Positions 1 to 9,132 of a DNA stretch of 64,000 nucleotides are shown in pieces; position 1 is the first letter of the stretch, and each line of letters starts with the position of its first letter. The notes beneath the pieces are model-generated. The model saw nothing but the letters and a program-made list of their open reading frames with translations. It had not been told where the DNA came from and did no database searches. The stretch is taken from positions 62,001 through 126,000 of the forward strand of contig CP120460.1 of assembly GCA_034226945.1 (NCBI GenBank), read 5' to 3'. The position numbers were made by a program, and so were the translations under genes. This stretch comes from Picochlorum sp. SENEW3. Its lineage: Eukaryota.

Positions 1-536
1 GGCAAGGCCAATGCATTGCCCGACGCGTCCGTCAACCTCTTCAGCCGCATATTATCTTCTGGAAGAATACCTTCATTTGCCTGGTTCGCCACAATATTAA
101 TATTTCTGTACTCTTTTGGCTTTGCCGCTTCTAGTAACTCTGGGTCAGGAGGAGGCCCAGGCAAGCGTGTGTGCTTAAATCTGCACGCCGGCCCATAAAT
201 GCAAAAACCTAGCTTATACATATTACACTCCTTTATCTCTTCCGTTGAATGCTTATACGGGCAGTCAGGCTCCTTGCATGTCCCATACTTTAGCAAATTT
301 CGACACACAGGCATTTTGTTCGGGTCGAACTCGTGCAGAAAACCGCACGTATCGCCCTTCATACACAAACCACGCAGCCAATATGTACAAACTGTCTGTC
401 TATAATTGCGTGGCTTGCCAACAGCGACAGCCGGTGCTGCACCCTCATCTTTCTGAGCAGCCTGCTCATGCTGTGGGGCACTTGCGTGGTCTTGCAGCGT
501 CTGCTCAAAATCAAACGTTATATCTTCGTCATCCAT
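1..536 (-). CDS. CPSF30: Cleavage and polyadenylation specificity factor 30 kDa subunit (three CCCH zinc fingers); 3' end runs off the window
   Basis: Not in the ORF track. Manual translation from ATG 536 gives MDDEDITFDFE...RNYRQTVCTYWLRGLCMKGDTCGFLHEFDPNKMPVCRNLLKYGTCKEPDCPYKHSTEEIKECNMYKLGFCIYGPACRFKH, the plant/algal CPSF30 pattern. Confidence 0.92.
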   Translation of the reverse strand, partial: MDDEDITFDFEQTLQDHASAPQHEQAAQKDEGAAPAVAVGKPRNYRQTVCTYWLRGLCMKGDTCGFLHEFDPNKMPVCRNLLKYGTCKEPDCPYKHSTEEIKECNMYKLGFCIYGPACRFKHTRLPGPPPDPELLEAAKPKEYRNINIVANQANEGILPEDNMRLKRLTDASGNALAL

Positions 537-701
537 ATTTCTATAATGTAATTAAATACTATAGTTTATTTGATAATAATAATGCCGCGGTGCTGCTCCC
601 ACCACGAATCAGTCAATAGCACTTGTGATTTGAGAATCTTCAAGGATGAAAAACTTTCGATATTCTTCTGAAAGGCCCCAGTGCTATGTCGATGGTATGA
701 T

Positions 702-1691
702 ATGAATCAAGACGTGTTGCGGGAAATCAAGGTGATTGCTGCCGTCTCAATATGGTTCACACTGCTGATCCTGGTGGTCGTTTGGGTGCTGGCGACATTG
801 GTCCTGGCGATTTTTTTCCCACTCTTGGGGTTTCCAAACCTTTTTATAATTATTGTATCCCTACTCATACCTTTGGATGTACCGTGTCCTCTCGTGATTT
901 CTTGGTTCATGGCCTACAGCATAAAGGCATTTGAGGAGTTCCTGCCAGTGAAGGTTTTATGTGAAGATGGCGGGAGTTTCGGTGATAATGGGCCTTACAT
1001 GATTGCGTATGAGCCTCATGGCGTGCTGCCTCAAGGGATGTGCACATTTTGTCACGTTGAGAAGCCAGCAGGAATGAAAATTCCCAAGAACTTGGACGGT
1101 GCGGCAATTCTTGTCTCAGATGGGATTTTCTACATCCCGCTGTTGCGACATTTGTTTTGGTGGCTGGGTTGTAGGCCAGTGTCGCGTTCGTCCATGGAGT
1201 GTCTGCTGGACGGAGGCAGCTCCGTGGCTTTATGCCCAGGAGGAGTTCATGAATGTTTGCTGATGGAGCATACCGTGGAATCTGTGTATTTGAAACGAAG
1301 GAGAGGTTTTATACACTTGGCCATGCAGAAAGGAGCAGCTGTCGTTCCTTGTTTTGGGATAGGTCAGAGTGATCTCTACAAATACTGGAGGCCACTGTAT
1401 GATCCCCCGACACGTTCATTTGCCAGACACATGTTTACGAGGCTGTCCAGGAGTCTTGGCTTCGCCCCGATGCTGGCCTGGGGCCAATATGGAACCCCCG
1501 TGCCATACAGAAATCAACTTACGATCGTGATCGGTAGACCAATCAAAATGCCGAGAATACCAGACATTCAAATTGATGATGCACGTGTCGAGGAGATGTT
1601 GGATGCTTTTATCGACAAATTGAGACACGTCCATCGTTTCGGACTGAATTCTCTTGGAATACCTCATGAAAAACCCTTGATTATATATTGA
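702..1691 (+). CDS. DGAT2: Diacylglycerol acyltransferase type 2 (DAGAT family)
   Basis: N-terminal TM segments; motifs YEPHG, PGGVHE, LKRRRGFIHLA, VVPCFGIG, IVIGRPI. First ATG at 702 (ORF track starts at GTG 681). Confidence 0.88.
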   Translation: MNQDVLREIKVIAAVSIWFTLLILVVVWVLATLVLAIFFPLLGFPNLFIIIVSLLIPLDVPCPLVISWFMAYSIKAFEEFLPVKVLCEDGGSFGDNGPYMIAYEPHGVLPQGMCTFCHVEKPAGMKIPKNLDGAAILVSDGIFYIPLLRHLFWWLGCRPVSRSSMECLLDGGSSVALCPGGVHECLLMEHTVESVYLKRRRGFIHLAMQKGAAVVPCFGIGQSDLYKYWRPLYDPPTRSFARHMFTRLSRSLGFAPMLAWGQYGTPVPYRNQLTIVIGRPIKMPRIPDIQIDDARVEEMLDAFIDKLRHVHRFGLNSLGIPHEKPLIIY

Positions 1692-1911
1692 ACAGAGACG
1701 CTGTCAATGCAGGAAGATGGTACCTCAGGAAAAAAAAAACAAAAAACCTACGTTAGCAGGAATGAAATGCCCATGAATCGACTGAAATGTCACGAACAAG
1801 GCTTTGGGCAGTGATAAATAATCATAGGCATCGGATGAAACAGAAACTGATGTGATGGCGAGCGCGGGTGGATAGCAAAAGGACTGAAGAAGGCCGACGC
1901 CAGTGTCCACG

Positions 1912-1921
1912 TATTTATAAA
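1912..1921 (+). promoter_or_regulatory. TATA element upstream of the permuted tRNA
   Basis: TATTTATAAA lies about 25-30 nt upstream of the start of the leader (about 1947) that pairs with the tRNA trailer. Confidence 0.55.
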
Positions 1922-1968
1922 GTGTAAAAAATTACTCCCCGTAATTGGATCATCGCATCCAGCCAGAC

Positions 1969-2070
1969 AGCTGGGGGTCCCGTGTTCGAACCACGGTAGA
2001 AGCAAACATGATGCCCCTCACGTAGGGATGTGCTTCTATAGCTCAGTTGGTTTAGAGCACCAGCCTTGTA
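1969..2070 (+). tRNA. trnT-UGU: Circularly permuted tRNA-Thr(UGU): 3' half 1969-2004, 27-nt spacer, 5' half 2032-2070
   Basis: 5' half is GCTTCTA-TA-GCTC-AGTTGGTTTA-GAGC-A-CCAGC-CT-TGT-A. The 3' half lies upstream: A-GCTGG-GGGTC-CCGTG-TTCGAAC-CACGG-TAGAAGC-A. All four stems pair perfectly when the halves are rejoined at 37/38. Confidence 0.93.
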
Positions 2071-2102
2071 TCTAGGAGGGCATGACGTCCTCTGCGAGCA
2101 AC

Positions 2103-2108
2103 TTTTTT
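2103..2108 (+). terminator. RNA polymerase III terminator (T6)
   Basis: TTTTTT about 30 nt after the 5' half, just past the BHB-forming trailer. Confidence 0.7.
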
Positions 2109-2166
2109 ACTGTTTTTATGGATATGGATATGGATATGGATTACATAGATTTAATAGATTTTTCCA

Positions 2167-4153
2167 TCAGGCAGCTGATGCTTGCATCATGAGTTCACTC
2201 TCAGATCTGTACTCCCTTAGGACAACTGGCACACTTGTTGGTGGCAGAGCACCGACCTCGGTGATTATTACCGTGACAAATTCCGCGGGAGTTGTATCAT
2301 ACACCAAGTTGAGCAGCGACAAGTTTGACTGTCCGTCTTCCTGCTGGAGCGACTCGGCAAGAGGACCAGCCTTCTGCAGCAGTGCGGCAGGATTTGCCAA
2401 TTCATTGTTGGTGATGCTGTCTAATTGGACTCTCTCATGGAATTTGTACGTTTCCGAACAGACGATAACGGGGACGTTGGCCAGCGATGCTGACATGGCC
2501 ACTGCTGCCGTCCCGACTCTTGACAAGACTGCACCATTTGACATGACTGCTGCAGCCCCTAGCATCACTTTGTTAGCCTGATTCATACCAGTTTCCAAGC
2601 TGTTTAGAAGTAAATACTCGCATGGAATACCAACGCGCAATAATTCCGTCAGTAATTCCTTGCCCTCATACAAGGGCCCTGCATCTGCTATGACCACGCT
2701 AAACTCTTTACCCGCTGCCACAGCAGCTTTCAGGGTCTGCTCAACAGTTGATGAGCATGCATACGTCAGAATTATGTCACCATCGCTTATTTTACTTGCC
2801 GCCGTTCCAGACAGAGCTTTTTGAGCAATTGTTATCTTGTCTTGGGCAAATGTCGACACAAATCGTCTCAGTCCATTCTTTGCCTCCTCATTTGACAATT
2901 CTGTGTCCGCTGCTACATGCCCAAGTTCTGCCTTGATCGACTTGACCACGTTCCCCACAGCAGGGGATAGCGGCCGGCATCGAACTAAAAATGATACCAT
3001 ATTTTTCACTGCCACAGTGAATTCTCTGGTGAAAGATTGCCCCTCGGACAATTCGAATGACGAAATCACTCCATCAATCATCTGCAGGAGGGCCAGACTC
3101 CTCTTGTTTGTCCCTCTGAGGGATCCATCCAGCATTTTTTTACCCAGAGCCACACAGGAGACTGGAATGAACTTTTCTAACGCAGAAGATGCCAATTCTT
3201 CCATCGAAATAGACTGTTGTTTTGGTAAATGATCAAAAAATGCTGCAGGACGGGGCACACTGGCAGGATGCCTACTGGAACTCTCCTTTCTCGTCACGAC
3301 ATCCTTTTGAACGTCCTTCTTATTACTACGATGTTCTTCATCCACATTTCGTTTCTTTCCATCTGGTTGCTGCTGGTTCTGTGCGTTTGCAGCAGCCTTT
3401 GCAGCCCTCTGTGCCTCCTGAAGAGCCCTCCTCTCTGCTTTGGTCATCTGCTTTTTAGGTGGAATATCCCTATGCCCTTGCTCCTTCGTCTTTTTTTCTG
3501 TCGTACCTTCTTTTTTCACCGCTTTGTCTTCGTCTGCCGTCGAGGGTGTCGCCAGAGAATCTTTTCTCGTCAGCGACTGTTGCTGGAGAGGCTTGTCCTC
3601 CTCCTTGAACACTGTGACCGACACATCATCATGCTGCTCTACAGTCCCCAAAATGCTGTTCGACTCAATGGGAGTCAACGGCAACGGCTCCTGATCCTTT
3701 CCACGTGTAAATGAGGATGTGCCCGCTGGATTGTCTAAACTGCTCCTTCCACTCGGTGGCCGGTGCGTGGGAGAATACCTCGACCCGGCCGCTCGTCCAG
3801 GCTCGTCTATGCTCGTCCGCTTGCTCCCAGGAAGCTGACGGGGCGACGTCTCAGGAGTCCTTTGTCCCTGTACATTTTTCAATCCAATCAATGGTATGGA
3901 AGATGAATCACAACGCGCAGTACGTGTCCACGCTGTAGGTGACTGCACACATCGTACGCACCTGAAATGAGGGAGGGATGATCACCGGCGACAATGAGCC
4001 ACTTTTGATATTTTGTTTCATGAGCTCATCATTCTGAGGAGATGGCGTTGCACCTTCGACATGGAACCCAACCACCTTGCGAGTGGGGGCGTCAATGCCT
4101 TGCGACGACTGGCCGGTCGTGGATGTCCGTGACAAATCCGGCAATTTTGACAT
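2167..4153 (-). CDS. EIF2B4: Translation initiation factor eIF2B subunit delta; 2 exons, intron 3868-3961
   Basis: TKAERRALQEAQRAAK, CRPLS, MSNGAVLSRVGTA, CSETYKFHERVQLDSIT, YDTTP, LPPTSVPVVLRE. A GTGCGT...TACAG phase-0 intron joins ORF 3908..4153 to ORF 2167..3948. Confidence 0.93.
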
Positions 4154-4849
4154 TATTAGTGGAATATACTTTTTGAAATCACGGCACCTGCTGATGTGCC
4201 ATCGAGGTGCTTGGATTCTCGGGTGTCATCTCACCGCCAAGGCCATGGCCACGTGGCCCGACCAGGGTCCAGTATATCTGGAGACCAATCACATCGAGAC
4301 TACTACTCTCTACAACGCTCCAATATGCCTCAGAGGACGTCTCATATCTGCAAGGATGTGCCACAGGCGAAGGTGTTTGTATATCTTTGCATCTCATTCA
4401 TGCATGAGCATGACAATCCATCCATGCACACAGTCCTGTCATCTCTCAGTGGCCTCATGTGCCTGCCTCATCTCTTGAAGAAGTCGTTCAACCATTCTCC
4501 ATAGAGCATAGATAATACCAGTCTCGAAGGGTGGGCGACCTATGACCTGTCTCTACTGAGCCGGGGTTTGTTCATGAGGGATTTTCCAAACTTGTTTCCT
4601 TCTGCGTGATGCAAGATCACGCAGAAGTTCTTGCATAAGAACACGTATCCGTTGATACACCGGGTAAATAAATATTAAAAAATTGGTATACTACAGGCAT
4701 ATATGCCGTCTTGTTTCCTTATCCAGGGTGCTTTGAAGCGAGTTTGTACTCATCACCTCGCCCGCGTGGTTTCTCTACAGGACCCTCTACAGGACTGCAG
4801 CGTTCGAGTGGGGCAATAGAATTCATAGGAAGATTTTAATAAACATATA

Positions 4850-6460
4850 ATGACTATCACGGCGGAGAAGCGGATACTCTGTGTCCAGTACGGAAAGACT
4901 GTGGAAGATGTCATTGATATGCTCAGCAAAAGGGACGGCATCCTGAGGGATATATTACTCTATGGTCAGGATATGAGATCAAAGCAAGGAGGTGCTGGAC
5001 AGCCGTATGACGGGCCGGGTGGAAGCGGTGGGGCAGCGAGGGCCATACCTCGTATGCTGGCTTTGGCTGTGCCATATGTTCCGGTGGATACCCGGGTGGC
5101 TCACAAAGTTCTGAAGGACCCGATTGCGAGCGAGATTGTAGAAGACATTAGGAGTTTTAGACCGACTTGTGTGATCATTCACGCTGGGCTCAAGCCGAGA
5201 CAGGGATGTGATGCTGGTGCAGAAGTTCTTGATTCGATTCCGACCCCAATCCTGAAGATACAAGGCGAATTGATCGAGGCTTTGAATGATGTCGGCGTAG
5301 ATATCTTATACTTGGATGCTACCAATTGTGACCAATTAGCGCATCGTGTGAGACAGGAGACGAAAGCAGACATTGTTGCGTGGATGTGTGGAGAACCACC
5401 TCGTGTGTTCCATGCCTACAACTTTCTGTTTGGCTTTTTTGGCGCTCTAGATATTGGGTCTACGACATCTGCGAATGCGTTTGCACTGGCCTCAGAGTTG
5501 AGCTGTGCATTCTGTCTCTCAAAACAGACACCTAATGGACCAGAGCTTCCGCCGAGCTTGCCACATCTATTCAGTGATAAAGTGCCAATGTTGCCCGGGA
5601 TGGAGGACCCTGAGAACTTGAGTGAACGGGATGGATCTTGTGTGGATCCTGCGAAGGAGTATCCAGGGTATAGGGACATGAGACTGTGTTCGCCAAGTGC
5701 CGAGGTCCGACTCCTTGTGGCATGTTTGCCTCATATAATGTCGTCTGCCAGATTGGGGTCCCTGTGCCAAGGCATACGGGGAATAGTAGCAGCTGAAATA
5801 TCATCAGCAAGTCTTTTGAACAAAACACAGGTATTAATACCTCCTCCATATTTGCCAGAAGGTTCTTGTGCGTATAGGTGTACAATGAAATCCTCCAGTG
5901 GTATTGCTTTTGATGTTGTTGCTGGCGGTCCTTTTGGGATCATGAAACGGGACGATATTTTGGAGTATGCTTTGCGTGATACTCTGACTGCTGAGGCTCA
6001 TTCCATCCAACTGAAGCTGCCTCCTCTCGGGGCTCCACTGCCACCCTACCATAGCAGTCAGACTGTTGCATCAGGTGCTCCAGTCGTCGAGGTTTTAGCA
6101 TCAACCTCTTCCTGGGTAGTCTATCTTATGAAGAGAATCTGTGAAAATCCAATCTATCGAGCATTTGTGATCGCTGGGATTGGAGCAGTGAGCTCAACTG
6201 TGAACAGTGCCTTTTCAAAACGAGATGCTTTGCGGCAGACAAGTATAGTCACTAATGGACTCCTCTCCAGGGTTAGACCTGCCACTGGCTTAGTAACATC
6301 CGATATGCTTGTGGGGGCACCTATGGAAGCGGCTGCATTGGCCACCATGACTTCTCACGGAAACCGAATGATTCCAACTCCTGCAGCTGTACCAAACATT
6401 GCGGAACCGACAGACTCGAAGGAACCCAATGGCCCTTCTCCGACTGTAGGATCACACTAG
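4850..6460 (+). CDS. Protein resembling the N-terminal/central region of plant ARID4, with no ARID or PHD domain visible
   Basis: Long single-exon ORF. VVEVLASTSSWVVYLMKRI...YRAFVIAGIGAV...AFSKRDA resembles my recollection of plant ARID4 N-terminal blocks. TGTAA at about 6502. Confidence 0.55.
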   Translation: MTITAEKRILCVQYGKTVEDVIDMLSKRDGILRDILLYGQDMRSKQGGAGQPYDGPGGSGGAARAIPRMLALAVPYVPVDTRVAHKVLKDPIASEIVEDIRSFRPTCVIIHAGLKPRQGCDAGAEVLDSIPTPILKIQGELIEALNDVGVDILYLDATNCDQLAHRVRQETKADIVAWMCGEPPRVFHAYNFLFGFFGALDIGSTTSANAFALASELSCAFCLSKQTPNGPELPPSLPHLFSDKVPMLPGMEDPENLSERDGSCVDPAKEYPGYRDMRLCSPSAEVRLLVACLPHIMSSARLGSLCQGIRGIVAAEISSASLLNKTQVLIPPPYLPEGSCAYRCTMKSSSGIAFDVVAGGPFGIMKRDDILEYALRDTLTAEAHSIQLKLPPLGAPLPPYHSSQTVASGAPVVEVLASTSSWVVYLMKRICENPIYRAFVIAGIGAVSSTVNSAFSKRDALRQTSIVTNGLLSRVRPATGLVTSDMLVGAPMEAAALATMTSHGNRMIPTPAAVPNIAEPTDSKEPNGPSPTVGSH

Positions 6461-6792
6461 TACAAAATGAAATGTATGCAAAACTGATAAGAACAATGTA
6501 CTGTAACTACAGCAGACCTTCTCGTGAAACGCGCGTTACCGCGCGACGTTGCTTCTGCAAGGGCGCACCTCGCCCAGGTGACGCGCCATCTACGCTTGCA
6601 TACGCAACGGTGCCATGAAAGGCTCATCGATTCCTACCAACAAGAGCATATCTTTTAATGTATATTATTTGCAGTGATCACCATTGATACTCCACGTTGA
6701 AGCGATTTTTCTTGGTGCACGGAGGAACAGATCGGCCACCAAGACATTCTTAGCTCGACCTATTGAGTTTGCCCTTCTTGGGTACTAGAGGA

Positions 6793-8680
6793 ATGGATAT
6801 GTATACAGTAATATTTATGTTGGTAATGTCACTCGTATTACCTTGCGTAGGTGCGTCCATATTCGTATGTCGAGGGAGTTGACTGACAACTGTCAATCAA
6901 CCGTTAATCTATCACCTCAAGGATCCATCGGAATTTCCATGGTTACGATGTAAATTCAATTCATTATGGCTCAAAAATAATAATTTACCATGTAGAATCG
7001 AATAAAGGCCCCAAGGTATGGGGCCTCCACGGCGAGTCCTGGAATAGGGACCTGCTGCTGGACTGGTCGTACAGTGGATATGCGGGCAAAGAGCGAGGGT
7101 ATCCTGAGCCACCTTTTGGTGCGAATGTTTTAGATTTTGGTGCAGTCGGTGACGGAATAGTCGACTGCACGGGGCCTTTCCTGGCTGCGATAGACACAGT
7201 GTCAAAGCATGGAGGTGGCACCATTCTGATTCCAGCTGGAAGGTACCTCCTAAAAGGAAGACTTGTCCTGTCAGGGAACAACATTGTTCTCAAAGGTGAG
7301 GGAAACGAGAAGACGACTTTGTATTACGAGCATCCGCTGTCCTCGTATGATGATTTTGATGTTGAAAGACATCTAACAAAAGGCTTTCTGCAAAGCCCAT
7401 ACTCGTGGCGTGATGGCGTAATCCAGATTGTTGGGCATGATCGCGGTAGCAAAGATACCAGTAAAATGCCACATGGTTGGGTGGTTGAGCCGTCAACGAT
7501 TGGACAAAGGCATCTAATTCTCGATTCTGTGGATGGGCTTGTCCCAGGGCAATGGGTCAGGCTGATGCAATCAGATGTTGGAGGATCCCTGGCATCCCAC
7601 CTCTATGGGACAGATTTTGATAAAATTAGTCTAATGAAAACAACAGCGGATGACTGCGAGCCCCAATGCGCGTCTGACATATCAAACGAACAAGATTTAG
7701 TCAAATGGGTCTCCAGAATTTTAGAAATCCAGAATGGCAATGTGGTCGTCTTGCAACGTGCCCTTCCAATGGATGTATCACCAAAATGGAAAGCGAGGCT
7801 TCTTCCGATGCCGGATTCGATGCCAAAAGAGAGTGGTGTACGAGACTTGACGATTGAGTTTGCCTGGGCATCTGCTGGGAAGCATCATCATGATCAGGGG
7901 TACAATGGAATTCTGATTCAAAATGCTGTGAATGCATTTGTCTACAATGTGCACACCATCAACGCCCATCAAGGGTTCCTTGTGAAAAATTCCCAAATGG
8001 TATCCTTAGATTCTGTCAAAGTGGGTCGTACAAGATCAAGGAGGTCCAAGAGCATGCCATGGGATGGCCACATTGGCATTGGACTCTACGACAGCTCGGA
8101 TGTCGAGGTTGCAGAATTTGATATCCGTGGTGAGTGGTTGCATGATATATCGGTACGGGGTTGTCTCATGTCTGCATTTCACTCAGGAAGAGGAGACAAC
8201 CTGCGCATAGACACCCACAGGTCTGCACCCTATGCCATTCTTTTCTCAGACATTTATGTTGGGGAAGGCACGAGGACATTTGGGACTGGTGGATTTCTAT
8301 CACGAGGCCTCCCAGTTGCAAAATATACAACGTACTACAATATCAGGAATAAAAAGCACAAACCCATTGAGCTGCCTGCTTCCACAGTCGCCGGTCCATG
8401 CACTTGGGGTAAACAAGTCAACTACATTGGAAAATGGACAGGAAACGAGTGCCCAGGATATCACGTAGAATTCATTACAGATAGCCAGGTTCACCCAAAG
8501 GATCTATATAGCGCAATGTTGCGAAGAAAAGTGGAGACTCGAAATGACTTCCCAACAGGAGTCATCCCTGCCCTGCAGTCTCGACTGGCAAAGACCACCA
8601 GCAACACCGATCAACCTCCGAAAATATTCCCCGCTGGTGATGGATCCTATCCTGTTGTACACTATCCTGAAACATATTAA
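6793..8680 (+). CDS. Secreted right-handed beta-helix protein (pectate-lyase-3/GH28-like superfamily), paralog 1; intron 6851-6995
   Basis: Signal-peptide exon MDMYTVIFMLVMSLVLPCV, then WGLHGESW...DWSYSGY...NVLDFGAVGDG...AAIDTVSKHGGGTILIPAGRY...IVLKGEG. Confidence 0.8.
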
Positions 8681-9132
8681 GACATTCATAGACTGGACTT
8701 CTTCGCTATGCCAGCTGTCCCACCGAGGGGACAGACTCAGGTACCCACAGGTCTGCTCCAAACCGACCACGTGAGTCGATCAGCCCGCGGTCGCGACCGC
8801 TGCTGACTGCGCATGACATGCGGTTCACGGGGAGGGGATGGTTCTCGGCTCCAATGCATTCAGACGGCCTCCATGCACATCAACAATGCGCATTCTTACT
8901 TGCACGATATTTATTACAATTATTGCATTTATATTCGTACTGATATTCAAATAGTCCATAAAGATTGAGTCTTGGTTCATCAGAGTGGTCGGCGTTGTGC
9001 CCACGAGGAGTTGGCACAAAGGGGATCTACCGAGTTCTACTAGAACCACGCGTTGGTTGGACTATTGTGCTTCTTGCCGTAGGCAAAGAAATTGATTGAA
9101 TGATATTCGCTGTAAGTATCGAGGAATTTGCG

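Noticed and set aside
16..619. Plus-strand ORFs 16..198, 199..405, 245..619, 333..551
   Set aside because: Antisense shadows of CPSF30.
1969..2070. Two truncated tRNA pseudogene fragments
   Set aside because: The halves are exactly complementary and non-overlapping, break precisely at 37/38 and have pairing flanks, which random decay would not produce.
4077..4750. Several 66-133 aa ORFs between eIF2B-delta and the ARID4-like gene
   Set aside because: No recognisable motif or consistent splice model; probably divergent promoter/UTR sequence.
6876..6901. Hairpin GTTGA-C-TGACA-AC-TGTCA-A-TCAAC in the 145-nt intron as an H/ACA snoRNA
   Set aside because: No convincing H box or terminal ACA.
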